DNA of 64,000 nt from Peribolospora baueri (taxonomy: Eukaryota): NCBI GenBank assembly GCA_029717555.1, contig JAMDHS010000017.1:186001-250000 (forward strand). Reading direction: 5' to 3'. A model generated the notes under the pieces. That model was not told the DNA's origin, searched no databases, and saw only the letters and a program-made list of their open reading frames with translations. Positions 21,304-36,895 of the stretch are shown here, piece after piece. Position 1 is the stretch's first letter. Every line of letters starts with the position of its first letter. The position numbers were made by a program, and so were the translations under genes.

Positions 21304-23006
21304 ATGCACCGGTTGTGAGTGAGCTACGGGCGTCTTCATATGGAGGTGGAGAGAGAGCGAAGGACGCGATGGAAGTGCGGGCGCTGATGGGAGCCCTTTC
21401 TTTGTTTGTCCTTTCCGTTTCGCCATCCGTCTCGGATGTCGACAGGTGGTCCGCTCCGATCGCTCAAGCCGTCCGTTGGCGTCCTTCTGCCCAGGCGGTA
21501 GCGGTGACGGCAACGTCGGCCACGCCGATTTGGAGATCCGCCCGCCCGTCTCCTACCCTGTGCGAGACGTGCTTTGGTCGCGGACACGGCGGCGGTCGTA
21601 GGGCGCTTTCGACGTCTGTCATGTTACGTAGGGTGGAGGGCGCTGGCCGTCACGGAGGATCGCAGCGGGAAGAAGGGCAGGCCGCGTCCTCGCCTTCCGA
21701 AACCGACACGCCTTCTTCCTCCTCTCCTAATCCTCCATCGGCATCGTCTCCGATCTCCTCTTCCTCCCCGTCCCAGTCCTTAGAGACCGACGGTGCTCCC
21801 GCGACCGGAACCGACAGAAATGCAGGTCCTTCCCCACAGAGTGCCACCCCCACCTCTTCCTCTTCCCGCCAGGAAACGACCCGCTCGTCCGTCTCATTTG
21901 CCCAACTCTGGCAAAGCCTTCCGCCTGACTTGCGACAGCGCGCTCTGGCCTTGTCCTCAAAGGCTCAAGAGCACGTCGGCGTCTTGCAAAGTCGGCTGAA
22001 CAACTTGGGGCACAAGCTGAACGAGATGACGGGATACGAGGCCGTAAATAGGCTCAAGGAGGCTGTCGTGGGCCATGGTGAGTGAGCGAATGAGACAGGA
22101 ACCGATCCAACGGGACTGAGTCATGCCAAACCGGCAGTTCATGCGATACAGGATACTGGCTGATCATCGCTTCTCTCCCTCTCTCTTTCCCTCGTCCTTG
22201 TGGCCAACCGCCCACCAGACCTCCTCCTCTCGGATCTACGCAAAGAGGCTAGATCAGCCAAGGCAGCGTACGAATCAGCCGTCCGGACGCGAGCGGCCTC
22301 GCAACGCGAGGTGAACGAGCTACTGCAACGAAAGTCATCGTGGACGGGAAGCGATGTGTCGCGTTTCACGACGCTGGTGAGAGAGGACCATTTGAATGAG
22401 CAAGCCGAGACGGCTGCCAAGGCTGCGTATGACGAGGCGGAGGAGAGGGTGGAGAGGCAGTTTGACGAGCTCATGAGGGCCGTCATGACCAGGTATCACG
22501 AGGAGCACCTGTGGTCCGACAAGATCCGCTCCGCATCGACGTACGGCTCCCTCATCGTCGTCGGGCTCAACCTCGTCGTCTTCCTCCTGGCCATCGTGGT
22601 GGTGGAGCCGTGGAAGAGGAAAAAGTTGGCGCAGACGCTGGAGAAACGGTTGCTAGAAGGGGAGGAAAGTGGGAGGAAGTTGGTGAGGGAGACGCTGGAG
22701 AGGTTCGAGCAGACGGTGAGTGCGCAGGACGAGCGGCTCGATGCTCTCTTGGACAAGCAGGACAAGCTGCTCTTCGCCAGCGTCGCGGGTGGCGGCGAGC
22801 TGCCGGCGAGGACGGGATCGGCCGTTCACTCCGGAGGAGGCGAGCAAGACGACGACGAAGGAGGGTACCGGTTCACCTCGGAAGAAGAGGCCGTGGCCAA
22901 GGAGGCGTCCCGAAAACGGGAGCGCGAGCTACTCACCGCCGGTGCGGGCGGAGTGGTCCTGGGCGCGGTGGCGATGAGCGTAGCGGGCTACTTATTTGGA
23001 AGCTAG
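21304..23006 (+). CDS. SHE9: Mitochondrial inner-membrane protein She9/Mdm33; exons 21304-21314, 21446-22077, 22219-23006
   Basis: LNEMTGYEAVNRLK, RAASQREVNELLQRKSSWTGSDVSRFTTLVREDH, RYHEEHLWSDKIRSASTYG and VEPWKRKKL are She9 motifs. The inferred 11-nt first exon yields the Arg/Ser-rich presequence MHRL|WSAPIAQAVRWRPS...RRALSTS. Confidence 0.9.
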
Positions 23007-23521
23007 ACGTGTCCCGTAAATTAGACGGAACGATGACCATATTTGCAGTCGAGTCTTCCATGATGCCTTCTCACTAGCTTTGACCAAGGACCTCGAACAT
23101 CACAACTGACGGACGGAATGGAGACGGAAACTATAGCGAAACAGGCGAACCGGGGCTCCCTGCTTAAATGAGAAAACACGACCGGAACGGACAGATGGAT
23201 GTAGAAAGGGTTGATACGACGGGAGAAAAGACACTCCAGGAGGTGAGGAGAGACAAGGGCATGTATCACACCGCCGCCATCATAGAACGGGGACCGATCC
23301 GCGACGGACAATGAAGGGGGAGAGTTGAATGCCTTCCGGGAGAAGTCGAGAGAAGGTATATCACGTGACTGCTGCGGTAGCCCGAAGGACCTTCCGAGGA
23401 TGTGCGCACGGCCCCTTCGCCATATCACTCCCTCGCCGTTACCTCCTTGTGCGAGCTCCCCTACTCGGCCACCTTCCATCTCCCACGTAGGCGCGACGCG
23501 GAATTGACCTCGGCAGCGGCC

Positions 23522-24705
23522 ATGAACAAGATCATGAGCGGGATTCGGCCCTCGGCGCCGCCCCTCAGCCGTCATGCCGCATTATCCCCTGCCTCGTCCA
23601 TACACCCTCGAAGGCGGCCGCTCTCCTTCTCTTCTCATTCACGTTCTCGCTCCACCGCCCCGGCGCCATTGCCCATCACCTCCCGCCTCCGTCCCTACAT
23701 TCCTTCTCTTCTCCTTTGGACAGCCATTACCTCCCTCGCCTTCAACGTGGCTATGCTTCGTCGGCGCAGGGCGGAGGATGAGAAGATGCGGGAGGTGCAG
23801 GCGGCGGTCTTGGAGGAGATCGTCACTGGCTTGAAGACGGATAGGGAGCGCGGTTGGAGCGTGAGCGAGCGGGAGGGGACGATTTGGAGCGATGATGCGA
23901 TTGAAAGGAGGTTAGCGAGATGCGGTCTCCGAGGTCGAGGCCGGGGTCGAGGTCAAGGAGACTCCGAAACTGGGCGTTGGGAACGGGACGGGGATCAGGA
24001 CCAGGCAGACGAAGAACCGAGATGGTGGGAGGAGGAGAATAGGACGACGTGGTCCGAGGTGTTATTTGGTAGCAGGCCGAAGAAGCCGGCGGCGGTGCCG
24101 TCGTCGTCTCGTTCGGCGCCGTGGTCGGACGATGCCAAGAGGGACGGCGACGCGAGACGGGAAGAGGAGGATAGGGAGTGGGAGAAAGGTGAGCGGGCGG
24201 GCGGGCGAGCGAGAGTAGAGGGTTGTCTTCTCTTTCTTCAGCGTCGACGCCCGCAAACATGTCTTCTCCTTTCTCTTCCCATCGTCCAGTCTTGGCCGAA
24301 CTGGCAGCAGAGGAAGCGTCCTCGGATCCCTCTTCTGCCTCTCCTCCCTCCAGCAACACCGCTACGTTCCTCGACGCGCCCGCTGCAGCTGCTCCTCAAC
24401 CGGCAGAAGCAAACGCCAGCACCTCACCTTCCTCGCAGTTGCAGTCGCCACCAGGCGGCCTGCTATCGCCTTCTAAGCCCTCGGCGTCCTCCCCTTCTAC
24501 ATTCCCATCCTCGCTCACCTCCATCTGGTCGTCATGGGGTAGCCCTTCCTCCTCCCCTTCTTCCTCTCCTGTGTCAACCGCAACCTCATTGCCGACGCCG
24601 ACTCGTACCGCCGGCCTCGCCTCGGATCCGGACAAGAGCTTGGGCAAAGTCGCCCAACACGAATGGGAGGACAGGAAGAGGGACGCGAGAAGGTTTTACG
24701 TCTAG
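23522..24705 (+). CDS. Hypothetical single-TM, probably mitochondrial protein (DUF5321-like); exons 23522-24188, 24290-24705
   Basis: Basic S/R-rich N-terminus, hydrophobic YIPSLLLWTAITSLAFNVAML, then a coiled segment. Intron 24189-24289 (GTGAGC..CAG) joins EEDREWEK|VLAEL..DARRFYV*. DUF5321 resemblance is from memory. Confidence 0.62.
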
Positions 24706-24966
24706 TCCGCTAGATTGTGCCCACCTGGCGACGCAGTATGGTAGGAGCGCAACTACAGCGATCGAACACCTCGTTGTGGGCGATGGTTCACCCTTTCAAG
24801 CTCGTCAAGGTACCTGGGACAGCATGGTAACTTATGCCTTCGTCTACAACACAACAGACCGTACACTTCCTCTCCTCGTCACTCGGACTGCATTGCAAGC
24901 GTACCATTCCTCCCATCATGTGCCGTACGATCCGGCTCGGCGCCCTCACGTTTCGGAGATCGGAAC

Positions 24967-26477
24967 TCAGATCTTGTCGAGCGGTCTGCGATGCGATACG
25001 ATATGGTGGGACGAAAGAAACAATGGGTCGGGGCAGGGTCGGCATACGCTTCTTGACCCGTTGGGAGAAAGTAGACGAGAGACAGGAAGGTTTCACGCAC
25101 CTGTTGAATCCTCCTCGTCTGCAGAAGCGGAGGAGGGACAACAAAGACATATTGGAGAAGGAGTGAAAGGAGAAGCCAAGTTAGAATGATGACACATGCC
25201 CTAGGGCCTGATCGGGCCAACCGAAGTCGGGTGGAACAGCCAATCTCTAGACGGACGACGAGACGCACCGGTTCATGTACTGCCTCCAGGCGCGCTGCTT
25301 CTTAACCTCCGCTGCACCGGTCTGGTTCCCCTCTACGTGCTTCCCCTTTTAAAGTGAAGTGGGCATACACCAACCCATCGATCGGGGTATTTAAAGGGAA
25401 GGTCAGCGGGAACGTGGATCCGGATGAGAACGCAAGACGCCGTCCGGCGGGACAATCATGCGGTGACAGAAAAGCAGCCGACTCGACCCAATGCGGCTCA
25501 AGTCACTCAGTCCAAGTCCACTCACCTTTGTCGACCCGAAGCCGCCAAAGCCCATGGCGGCCATCATGTCCTCCTCTGCAGGCTCCGCAGGCTCCTCCGT
25601 CAGCTCTCCTTCCTCTCCTCCCGCCTTCGGTTTGACCTCCGTCACACTCATGTCCTTGTCCTTTTGCTTTTCGCCGTCCTTGGCGTCGCCGCGTCGTTCA
25701 GAGGTTTCGCAAGCACTTACATCCCGACGTGAACGGCGTTCGCGTTCGCGGTCGCTTCTTGGCGACGAGGTGGAAGGTGGAACCCTCGGAGGTGGGATGC
25801 GGTCGCCTGCAGAAAGGTCGTAGAGACGGAAGGAAGAAAAGAGAAATGGACAGCCGGTGAGCAACTCGTACGTACACTGGAAAGGCGAAAACTTCACACA
25901 ACCGGAAGCCTTCTCCAAGACCGCCGAAGGTATGGCTCACCGTCGTCTCTCCTTCGGTCATAATGCTCGGTCTCCCTACCACCTCGCTCGCCCCTCCTCG
26001 GAGGGGGCGGCTCTGCGTGCCTGTCTCGTTCTCGCTCTCTTTCCAAGTGACGACGATCTGGAATGCGGGAAAGACAGGAGAAAATCAGTCAATTGGAGAG
26101 CCGGCAGACAAATGAAGCGGAAAGGCGATTTGGTCGACTTCATGAAAGATGACCGGAGGATGATCACGCCGCGACTAACCTCGATCGCTCCTCCCTACGG
26201 GACTCCTACTCCTCCTCCTCTCCCTATCCACCTCCCTTTCCCTGTACCCACGACCGCCACCTGGACCGTACCTGTCCCTCTCTCTCGCGCGCTCACGATC
26301 CTTTCCCTCGCGCTCACGATCCCGGTCCCTATACTCCCGCCTCCCGTCCCTCCCGTCCGCCCTTTCCCGCTCTCGGTCCCTCGCGTAATGCGGAGGCGCG
26401 TCCCGGACAATCTCCTCCCCTGCATGTGCTGCCGAGGACCCTCGCGGGGGAGGGCGGGCGGTGTCACGGTGCGACAT
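24967..26477 (-). CDS. SNRNP27: U4/U6.U5 tri-snRNP 27-kDa protein, 6 exons
   Basis: RD/RE/RS-rich N-terminus. The spliced C-terminus MMAAMGFGGFGSTK|GKHVEGNQTGAAEVKKQRAWRQYMNR|RGGFNR|PLDKI* is the SNRNP27 signature. It includes an 18-nt exon at 25101-25118. Confidence 0.93.
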
Positions 26478-26781
26478 GGTGAGCAGACTGACGGCGAGTT
26501 GGATGGATAGCCTCAAAGGACTCCCAGGTGATCGAACGAGACCCGCGGCATGCCGCAGCGCAGTTGCCGGGAAGCGAGCTTCCTGTTCGGCACGTGACAT
26601 GCGGCGAAAAGCGCACATAGTCCGTCCCGTCGTCGGTCCTCGCCCACATTCATCCCACCACCACTCACCTTCACCCCGTGTCTCGTCGGATCTTCCGCGA
26701 GCAAGCGCCACTCGCACGAAGAAACGAAACCCGCCTTTTTGGTTCTTCCTCTTCTTCGCAAACGATTGCTGAACTCCCGAG
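26478..26781. promoter_or_regulatory. Probable bidirectional promoter (304 bp ATG-to-ATG) of SNRNP27 and CEF1, with CACGTGAC at 26591-26598
   Basis: Divergent start codons at 26477 (-) and 26782 (+). The E-box was read directly. Confidence 0.65.
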
Positions 26782-30060
<3,279 letters not shown>

Positions 30061-30522
30061 TGTGGGATATGGTCGTCGGATGAGATTGACGGCCAGCGAT
30101 CGGACGTTTTGTGAATCGTAGTAGTGATAGTATGTATGTATGTGCCTTTGGTGGATGTGGACGACGAAAGTGCAAGTACATGCTGTTCTGTTCAAAGTGC
30201 GTAGTTACAGGCCAGGACGGACCTAGAGAGACGTCGTACATACACACACCTACGCTCTCTCTCCCAGCGTCGTCGTAAAGTTACGCGTTGATGACGGGCA
30301 GGTAGGCGGAAAGAAAAACGACGACGGCCCGATTGGGACTCGCCAAGCCCGCCACGCCACAACACGCCACGCCATGCCATGCCATGCCATCCAACTCAAT
30401 CCAATCCAATCCAGGAGAATATGTATCTACCTATTCTTTCCGGCTCGCCCGCCCGTGTCCAGTCGGCGTCAGCGTCAGGCATCAGCAAGCGTCCATCTCC
30501 ACCGCCCTCCGTGCCTCGTCCG

Positions 30523-30552
30523 CCATCCCATCCCATCCCATCCCATCCCATC
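30523..30552. repeat. (CCATC)6 pentanucleotide repeat upstream of PBS2
   Basis: Read directly. Confidence 0.9.
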
Positions 30553-31162
30553 CCGCCTCCAGTCCCTCTCGCCCTCGCGGAAGAAAGAACAGAACGTAAG
30601 ACAGAAGAGAAGGAAAGAGAGAGTAGAGTAGAGTGTGCGCGTGAGAGGAACGCACGCACGCCTACTTCCCGACCGCCGACCCGAGTTTGAGCGTTCGTTT
30701 GTCTTTGTCTTCGTCGTTCGTCCTCGCCCTCGCCCTAGCCTTCTTCACCCTCGCCCTCGTCCTCGTCGCCCGATCGTCCACCATCTCGCCGTCAACGCTG
30801 GCAGGGACGATCGAGATCGAGATCGAAATCGCAAATCGAAATCGCGCTCGCTGCCGCCGTTCTTCTCTCCTCCTCTTTCTTCTTCTCTCCCACCAACCAT
30901 CCCACCCCCGTCCATCGCCCATCGAACGAAACGAAACGGAGCAAGGCAAGCAAGCCAAGCGTCTCGCCTAGTCCCAGTCCAGTCCAGTCCCGCCTGCTCC
31001 CTCGCCACACCTTTTTGTTGCACCTCTCCGCGCCGACAAGGAGAGGAGGAGCAACCCTCTCCCCTCCACGGGCGTTGGTCTCCTCGCCCTCGCCGCCCCG
31101 TAGACCGTCTCCCTCGTCTATATCCAATATCTTCCCCTTACCCCTTTCCTCCTCTGCCCATT

Positions 31163-34100
31163 ATGTCTCGCGACACTTCATCACCCTTCTCGGCCACTGC
31201 GCCCCCCGCCGCCTCCGATCTGCACCACTTCGTCGCCGACCTCTCCATCTCCACCGCCTCCACCTCTGACGCCCCCGTCCTCCGTTCTCGCTTCGAGGGC
31301 GAAGGCGAAGGCGAGCCTAACGCCAACGCCGACGACGCCGAGCTCAGCTCCACCTCAGCTGACAGCCCGAGCACAGACGGAGGCCTCGACGACGCCAGAT
31401 TCGGTGAGTGGTGCCAGGCGTCGGTCAGCTTCATGAGGGGTTTTGTGGAAGAAGACGCAAAGGCGAAAGATAATGGATGGACGGACGGACTTACTTATGG
31501 CCGGATGGATGGCCGGATGGATGGATGGATAGACAGATAGATGCGCGGGCAGACGGCCGTCGGTCGCCATCATCGCAATCGCTCCACTCCAGGATCAATG
31601 CAAAACTATCCGGGTCATCATACTCACTCGCTGCTTGCCACCTTTCTTTTCTTTTCTTCTCCTCCCTCCCCAGACGACCCATCATCGCCAGCACCATCCA
31701 ACAACCAAACCAGCTCAACCGCCCCTATGCCTTCCCCCTTCGAAAACCCCACCGTACCACTCATCTCCCGCCCTCAGCAGGCATTCTCTCACTTCTCCGC
31801 TCCGCCAGGAGGGATCCCCACCACCTCTTCCGTCCCTCTCTCCACCTCTTCCTCGCCCATGCCCACCGGAGCGAATCCTCCGTACGAAACCCTCTCTGCT
31901 TCCCTCGGAGCTACCGGCGGTCCGAGACCGAGACCGGTGGGAAGGCCCGGCGGAGGAGGGCCGCCGCCGAGAGGACAGAGGCCGGCGGATGTGACGAGGC
32001 AGATGGCTGCCAATCGGATCCCTCCTAGCATTCAGGCCAGGATGGCCGCCGTGAGTCTTCCGTACGACCCGATTTCTCCTGTCCGCTGTCGTAGGCATGT
32101 ATATCGTTTGACCGTGTCCCCGCCTCCTTTCGCGCTTCTGCAGATGGCCAGCCGCTCCTCTTCCTTTAATTCGACGCTCGATCCTTCCACCCTCCTCCGC
32201 TCCCTCAGCCCCGCCGCCGGCCTCGCACCCTCCCCGCCCGTTGCTTCTCGGCCTTCTCCAACTCCTTCCGCAGTCGGCGGAGCCTTCACAGGCGGCCCTA
32301 TCGCAGGTATTTCCCGGTTAGCGTCGACGCCGGCATTGGGAGCAGGACCAGGAAGTGGCGGCATGGGTGCAAGACGCAACAAGCCCAATATGCACCTGAG
32401 CGACATGGGGCCCGGCGGCGGTGGGCCCATGGGCTTGGGAGATCCGCAAAATGTCGCGGCGAACGATCGGCGGGGTGCCGGCGTCGGAATCGGCATCGGT
32501 GGCGGTGGCGGGGGAACCGGTCGTGGTGCCGGTCCGACGACGGGCGGCGGTGGCGCCGGCGGTGCGCCCGGCGTGGCGAAGAGGAGGGGACCCCCGGGCA
32601 AGCTGGGAGGATTTCCGGGCGGCGGCGGTGGCGGTCCTGCGGGGATGATGAGCACGCCGTTTGCCAACTTTGGCAAGATTGTGTAAGTGCCCGTTTCTCG
32701 TTTTCTTTCAAGTCCTTTCTCTCTGCATTTCGGACGTGGACGCTAAGAGGTCCGCGGCGAACGCCTCTGACTCCTTTCTCGTTTTCCAATCCCCTTCCAC
32801 TCGACAGCGACCCGTCCGGACGTCTTAACTTTGGCGGCAAGGCGGTCCTCCACGCCAAGGGTGTCGACTTCACCAACGGCTCCTCCTTCAACATCAACAT
32901 GGACGAGCTCACCTTGCTCGAGGAGCTCGGCAAGGGCAACTACGGGACAGTCCAGAAGGTGTTCCACAAGCCCACGAACGTCACCATGGCCATGAAGGTG
33001 AGCTCTCGGGAATCGCACCTCATTCGCTGGCACCGGTCTGCACGGTCAGATACGGACGGAATGACTCAGTCACGCTGGTTCTTCTTCCCCCCCATTCCGT
33101 TGTCACGCCGCTACCGTCCTCACAGGAAATCCGCCTCGAGCTCGACGAATCGAAACTGAACGCGATTATCATGGAGCTCGACATCCTCCACCGTGCCTCT
33201 GCACCGGAGATCGTAGAATTCTACGGCGCCTTCTTCATAGAGAGCTGCGTCTACTATTGCATGGAGTTTATGGACGCCGGGAGCCTCGATAAGCTCTACG
33301 GCGTCGGCGTCCCAGAGGACGTTCTGGCCAGGGTCACCGGCAGCATGGTCCGCGGGCTGCGGTTCTTGAAGGATGAGATGCAGATTATTCATCGAGGTCG
33401 GTCGCGACACGGTCCATTCCCGGTCCCACCCGTCATCTCATTCTCACATCCCATTGAGCTACGGCGTTCCCACTGACACTTCGCTTTCTTTTCCCTTTTC
33501 TCGCGCCTCCTCGTGTCGTCTGGCTCGCGCAGACGTCAAGCCCACCAACGTGCTTGTCAATCATCAAGGCGAAGTCAAGCTCTGCGATTTCGGCGTGTCC
33601 GGCCAGCTGGAGAAGAGCCTGGCGAAGACGAATATCGGCTGTCAGAGCTACATGGCTGTGAGTGTCGTTTTCCGTATCCTCGACTGCCGTCTTCCATTCT
33701 CCATTCGTTCGTCCTTCCTTCTTCCCCCCGCTCACGTCCTCCGCGCGTTCCTCACCATGTAGCCCGAACGCATCAAAGGCGAATCGCAGAACAATCTCGG
33801 CACCTACACCATCTCTTCCGACGTCTGGTCCCTCGGGCTGTCCATCGTCGAGCTTACCGTCGGAGCATACCCGTACCCGCCCGAGACGTATCAGAACGTG
33901 TTCGCTCAGCTACAGGCTATCGTCAACGGCCCGCCACCCGAGTTGCCCGACAGCTATAGTGACGTCGCGAAAAATTTCGTGGCCAGATGGTGAGCGACAA
34001 GCTGGGCATCCGCGTGGACGACCGCCGTCGTTCGTGTGGTACTCATGACCGTTTTCGTAACGCTTTTTTCACCGGCCACGACGTCACAGCTTGCACAAGG

Positions 34101-34371
34101 CGCCGGAGAAGCGACCCACGTATGCCGAACTTTTGGTGAGCGGGTTCATTCTTTTCATCTTCCCCTCGCTCCGCCATATTCATCCCGATCGAACCGTCTT
34201 GCCTTGTATTTTCAGGAACACCCCTTTCTCAGAGACGAGGGGGAACGCGACGTCGACATGGCCGGATGGGTGGCTCGAGCGATGGCGCACCGAGATACCG
34301 TGAAGGCCGCCAACGCGGAGGCGGACATGCCAAAACTGCCCCGGCACGAGGTAGAGGCGTCGCCGGCATAA
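31163..34371 (+). CDS. PBS2: MAP kinase kinase of the HOG pathway (Pbs2/Wis1), 9 exons
   Basis: TPFANFGKIV|DPSGRLNFGGKAVLHAKGVDFTNGSSFNI, ELGKGNYGTV, MAMK|EIRLELDE, IIMELDILH, HR|DVKPTNVL, KLCDFGVSGQLEKSLAKTNIGCQSYMA|PERI. The SLAKT activation loop and NIGCQSYMAPERI are Pbs2-type. Confidence 0.95.
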
Positions 34372-36895
34372 GCGGTCCCTTCCTGCAGCCTCCCTCATCC
34401 ATGGGCATTTAAGTCTCCCCCCCTCCTTCCCTCCCCTATATGGGTCTCCAGTCGCCTCAACATATCCTCTTTCTTGGAACGCTCCGCTCGCGCAAACTTT
34501 GGGATTGGGATTTCTTCGGTCACCTTTGGACGTGACGGACAACAGAAGGACGGATAGACGGCGGGGCGGCTCAGTTGCGGCGATGATAGGGCCTCGCCAG
34601 CGCTGGTCGCCCCGAGGACGCCTAGAGCTCGTTTCGTTCGCGTCCGGCCGCGTTCGCTTCAGTCGCAACCATTGCGGACTCTTTGGCTCGTCTTGCCCCT
34701 CCCTCCGCTCCGTGAGGCTTCCCCCAACTTTTTTTATTTATTTATTTACGTATACATATACACATTCACACCTCGGCCGCGCCGCGCACCCTTCTCGACG
34801 TCACACACAGCACAGCATCACCGTTGATTTTTATGCCTTGTAACCCTGACGGACAGACATTGTTGCCTAACCGCGCCGCCATGGGTCGTACCGTACCGCG
34901 TTAGGAACCCGTCTCCCTCTTTCTCGTTCTTTCCCTTCTCATCCTCCTCATTTCGCTATCGGGTTCTCGTCTTCATCCTCATCCTCACGCCGGCGTGTCG
35001 ACCCCGTGCGTGCGTGCGTCTCCGTCTTCCCTCTCTCTCTCGTCCTCACCGCCTCCGCCTCGTCTCATCTCATCTCGTCACGTCACGTCTCATCTCATCT
35101 CGTCTCGTCCGTTCGTACAATAACTAGCTATCGCCTGGTCACATCGTTCCCTCATTTCGTGCCCATTGTCCCCCCTGGCCGGGCATATTTATATAGCGAG
35201 GAGTGCTGTATGACTGACATGATAGGACATGGCAGGACATGCTCGTTCGCCTTTTTGGCTTGATCATGAAGGAAGGAAGGAAGGAAGGAAGGAAGGAGGC
35301 CCGCACTGGCTTCGCGACAGGCACCGCACTCGGGAGCACTGCATGGTTGCCGACAGCCTCCGAAGGATTCTTGGACTCGTTAGAATTTGGATACCTCTCT
35401 GCAGTCTTTCATGGCCTGAATGTTAATTAAGGATGCGCAAATGTCAATATAAATCACCACAATGTCATTCTTGATGGCACAGAATGTAGAAGTCAAACCG
35501 CCCAATAGTCCATCTTGCTTTTGTCGGCTCCATTCATCTATCCCTCCATCCATTCCTCCATCCCTCTACCACCCCTCGCCTCTCGGTCCCAACTCGAGTG
35601 ACGAAGAGGAGCGGGATCGAGCGTGTACTTTCCTCTTCCTCTTTACCCTTATCTTCTCTGTCCGTTTCTTTTCTGGTGCACTTCGTTTCAGCTGTCCATA
35701 CATACGTATTCAATCCTTTCTGACTCGAAGCACGTTTTCGATCCGACACGGTGTAACCGTCGCTTCGAAGGACGACATGGTACGATACGCGATTAGTGGC
35801 ACCCTGTCTGTTTTACGCCGACTGCTCTACATGTAGACTACCAGTCGGCCGTGCGCCGCATGTGGAAGACGCTTGCGTTCGACGGTATATCGCATCGTGC
35901 TGCGCTGTGCTCGGCTCTGAACGTCGGCCGTGTGTTTGTTGGTCCGAGATGAATCAGAAGGCGTTGCAGGAAAACCATTCAGACAGGCAAGATGAATGTT
36001 CGACAACTCAAGGTCAATGTTTGGGTAAGGAAGTTTTACAGACGTCGTTATGTTAGTAGTGCTAGGCACGCACCGAACGCGAGTCCCCTCGTCACGTACG
36101 TACGTACGTACGCGACGTAGACTTGGTTGGGAATTGACGACACCGTCCCGTCCCTTTCCTCACCTCACATGCTCCTTTTTTACATACTCGCGTCGTCTCC
36201 GCCGGCTTGCGCCCGAGTCCGCATCAGTGGAGACGACCCGGACAAGTAAAGGAAGGAAGTAAGCTCTCCACCGCCCCCTGTCGCCCTCCCATACGACCCA
36301 AACCCGCGCGTGCTGGGGCAAAACATTCGGTGAAAGAGGCAAGCGAGCCGAGCGAGCGTAGGCTCGAGCCTGCCTTTGTGTTTTCCAAAGTCCCAGGGAA
36401 GGAAGGAAAGGACTAGGGTTGTTGGTACAGTAGGGGAGGAGGCTGAGGATCAAGATGAGACGAGAGGATAGGATCGGATCGGATCGAGCCATGTGGAGGT
36501 GCGCGGGAAAGGCAAGGCTGGCAGACAAAGAGGTGAAGGAGCGACGGGTCGCCGTGAGGCGACAAGAGAAGAAATCGAAGACAGGGAAGGAGGGAGGGAC
36601 GATAAATGAGCGACGAGGGGCACAGAGGCCGTAAAGCAGTCCGTTTTCGTTCGTCCGTGCGAGTAGTGGGGCAAGAAAAATCAGACGGGGATGATAGGTA
36701 TGCGAAACGACGCAAAGGGAAGACGAAAACAGGAGCAGGGAAGCGAAAGAAAGAAAAAAAGGCAAAGATCCGTCGAGTGAAGCCGGAGTCTTCGCGCGCA
36801 CTAAAATGGACACCGGAGCTGCATTTTCAGGTGCTGGTTTCCTCTTGCAATGTCCATGCCAGCGGCGGCGGTCGAGGTTCGGCCATTGACGCAAC

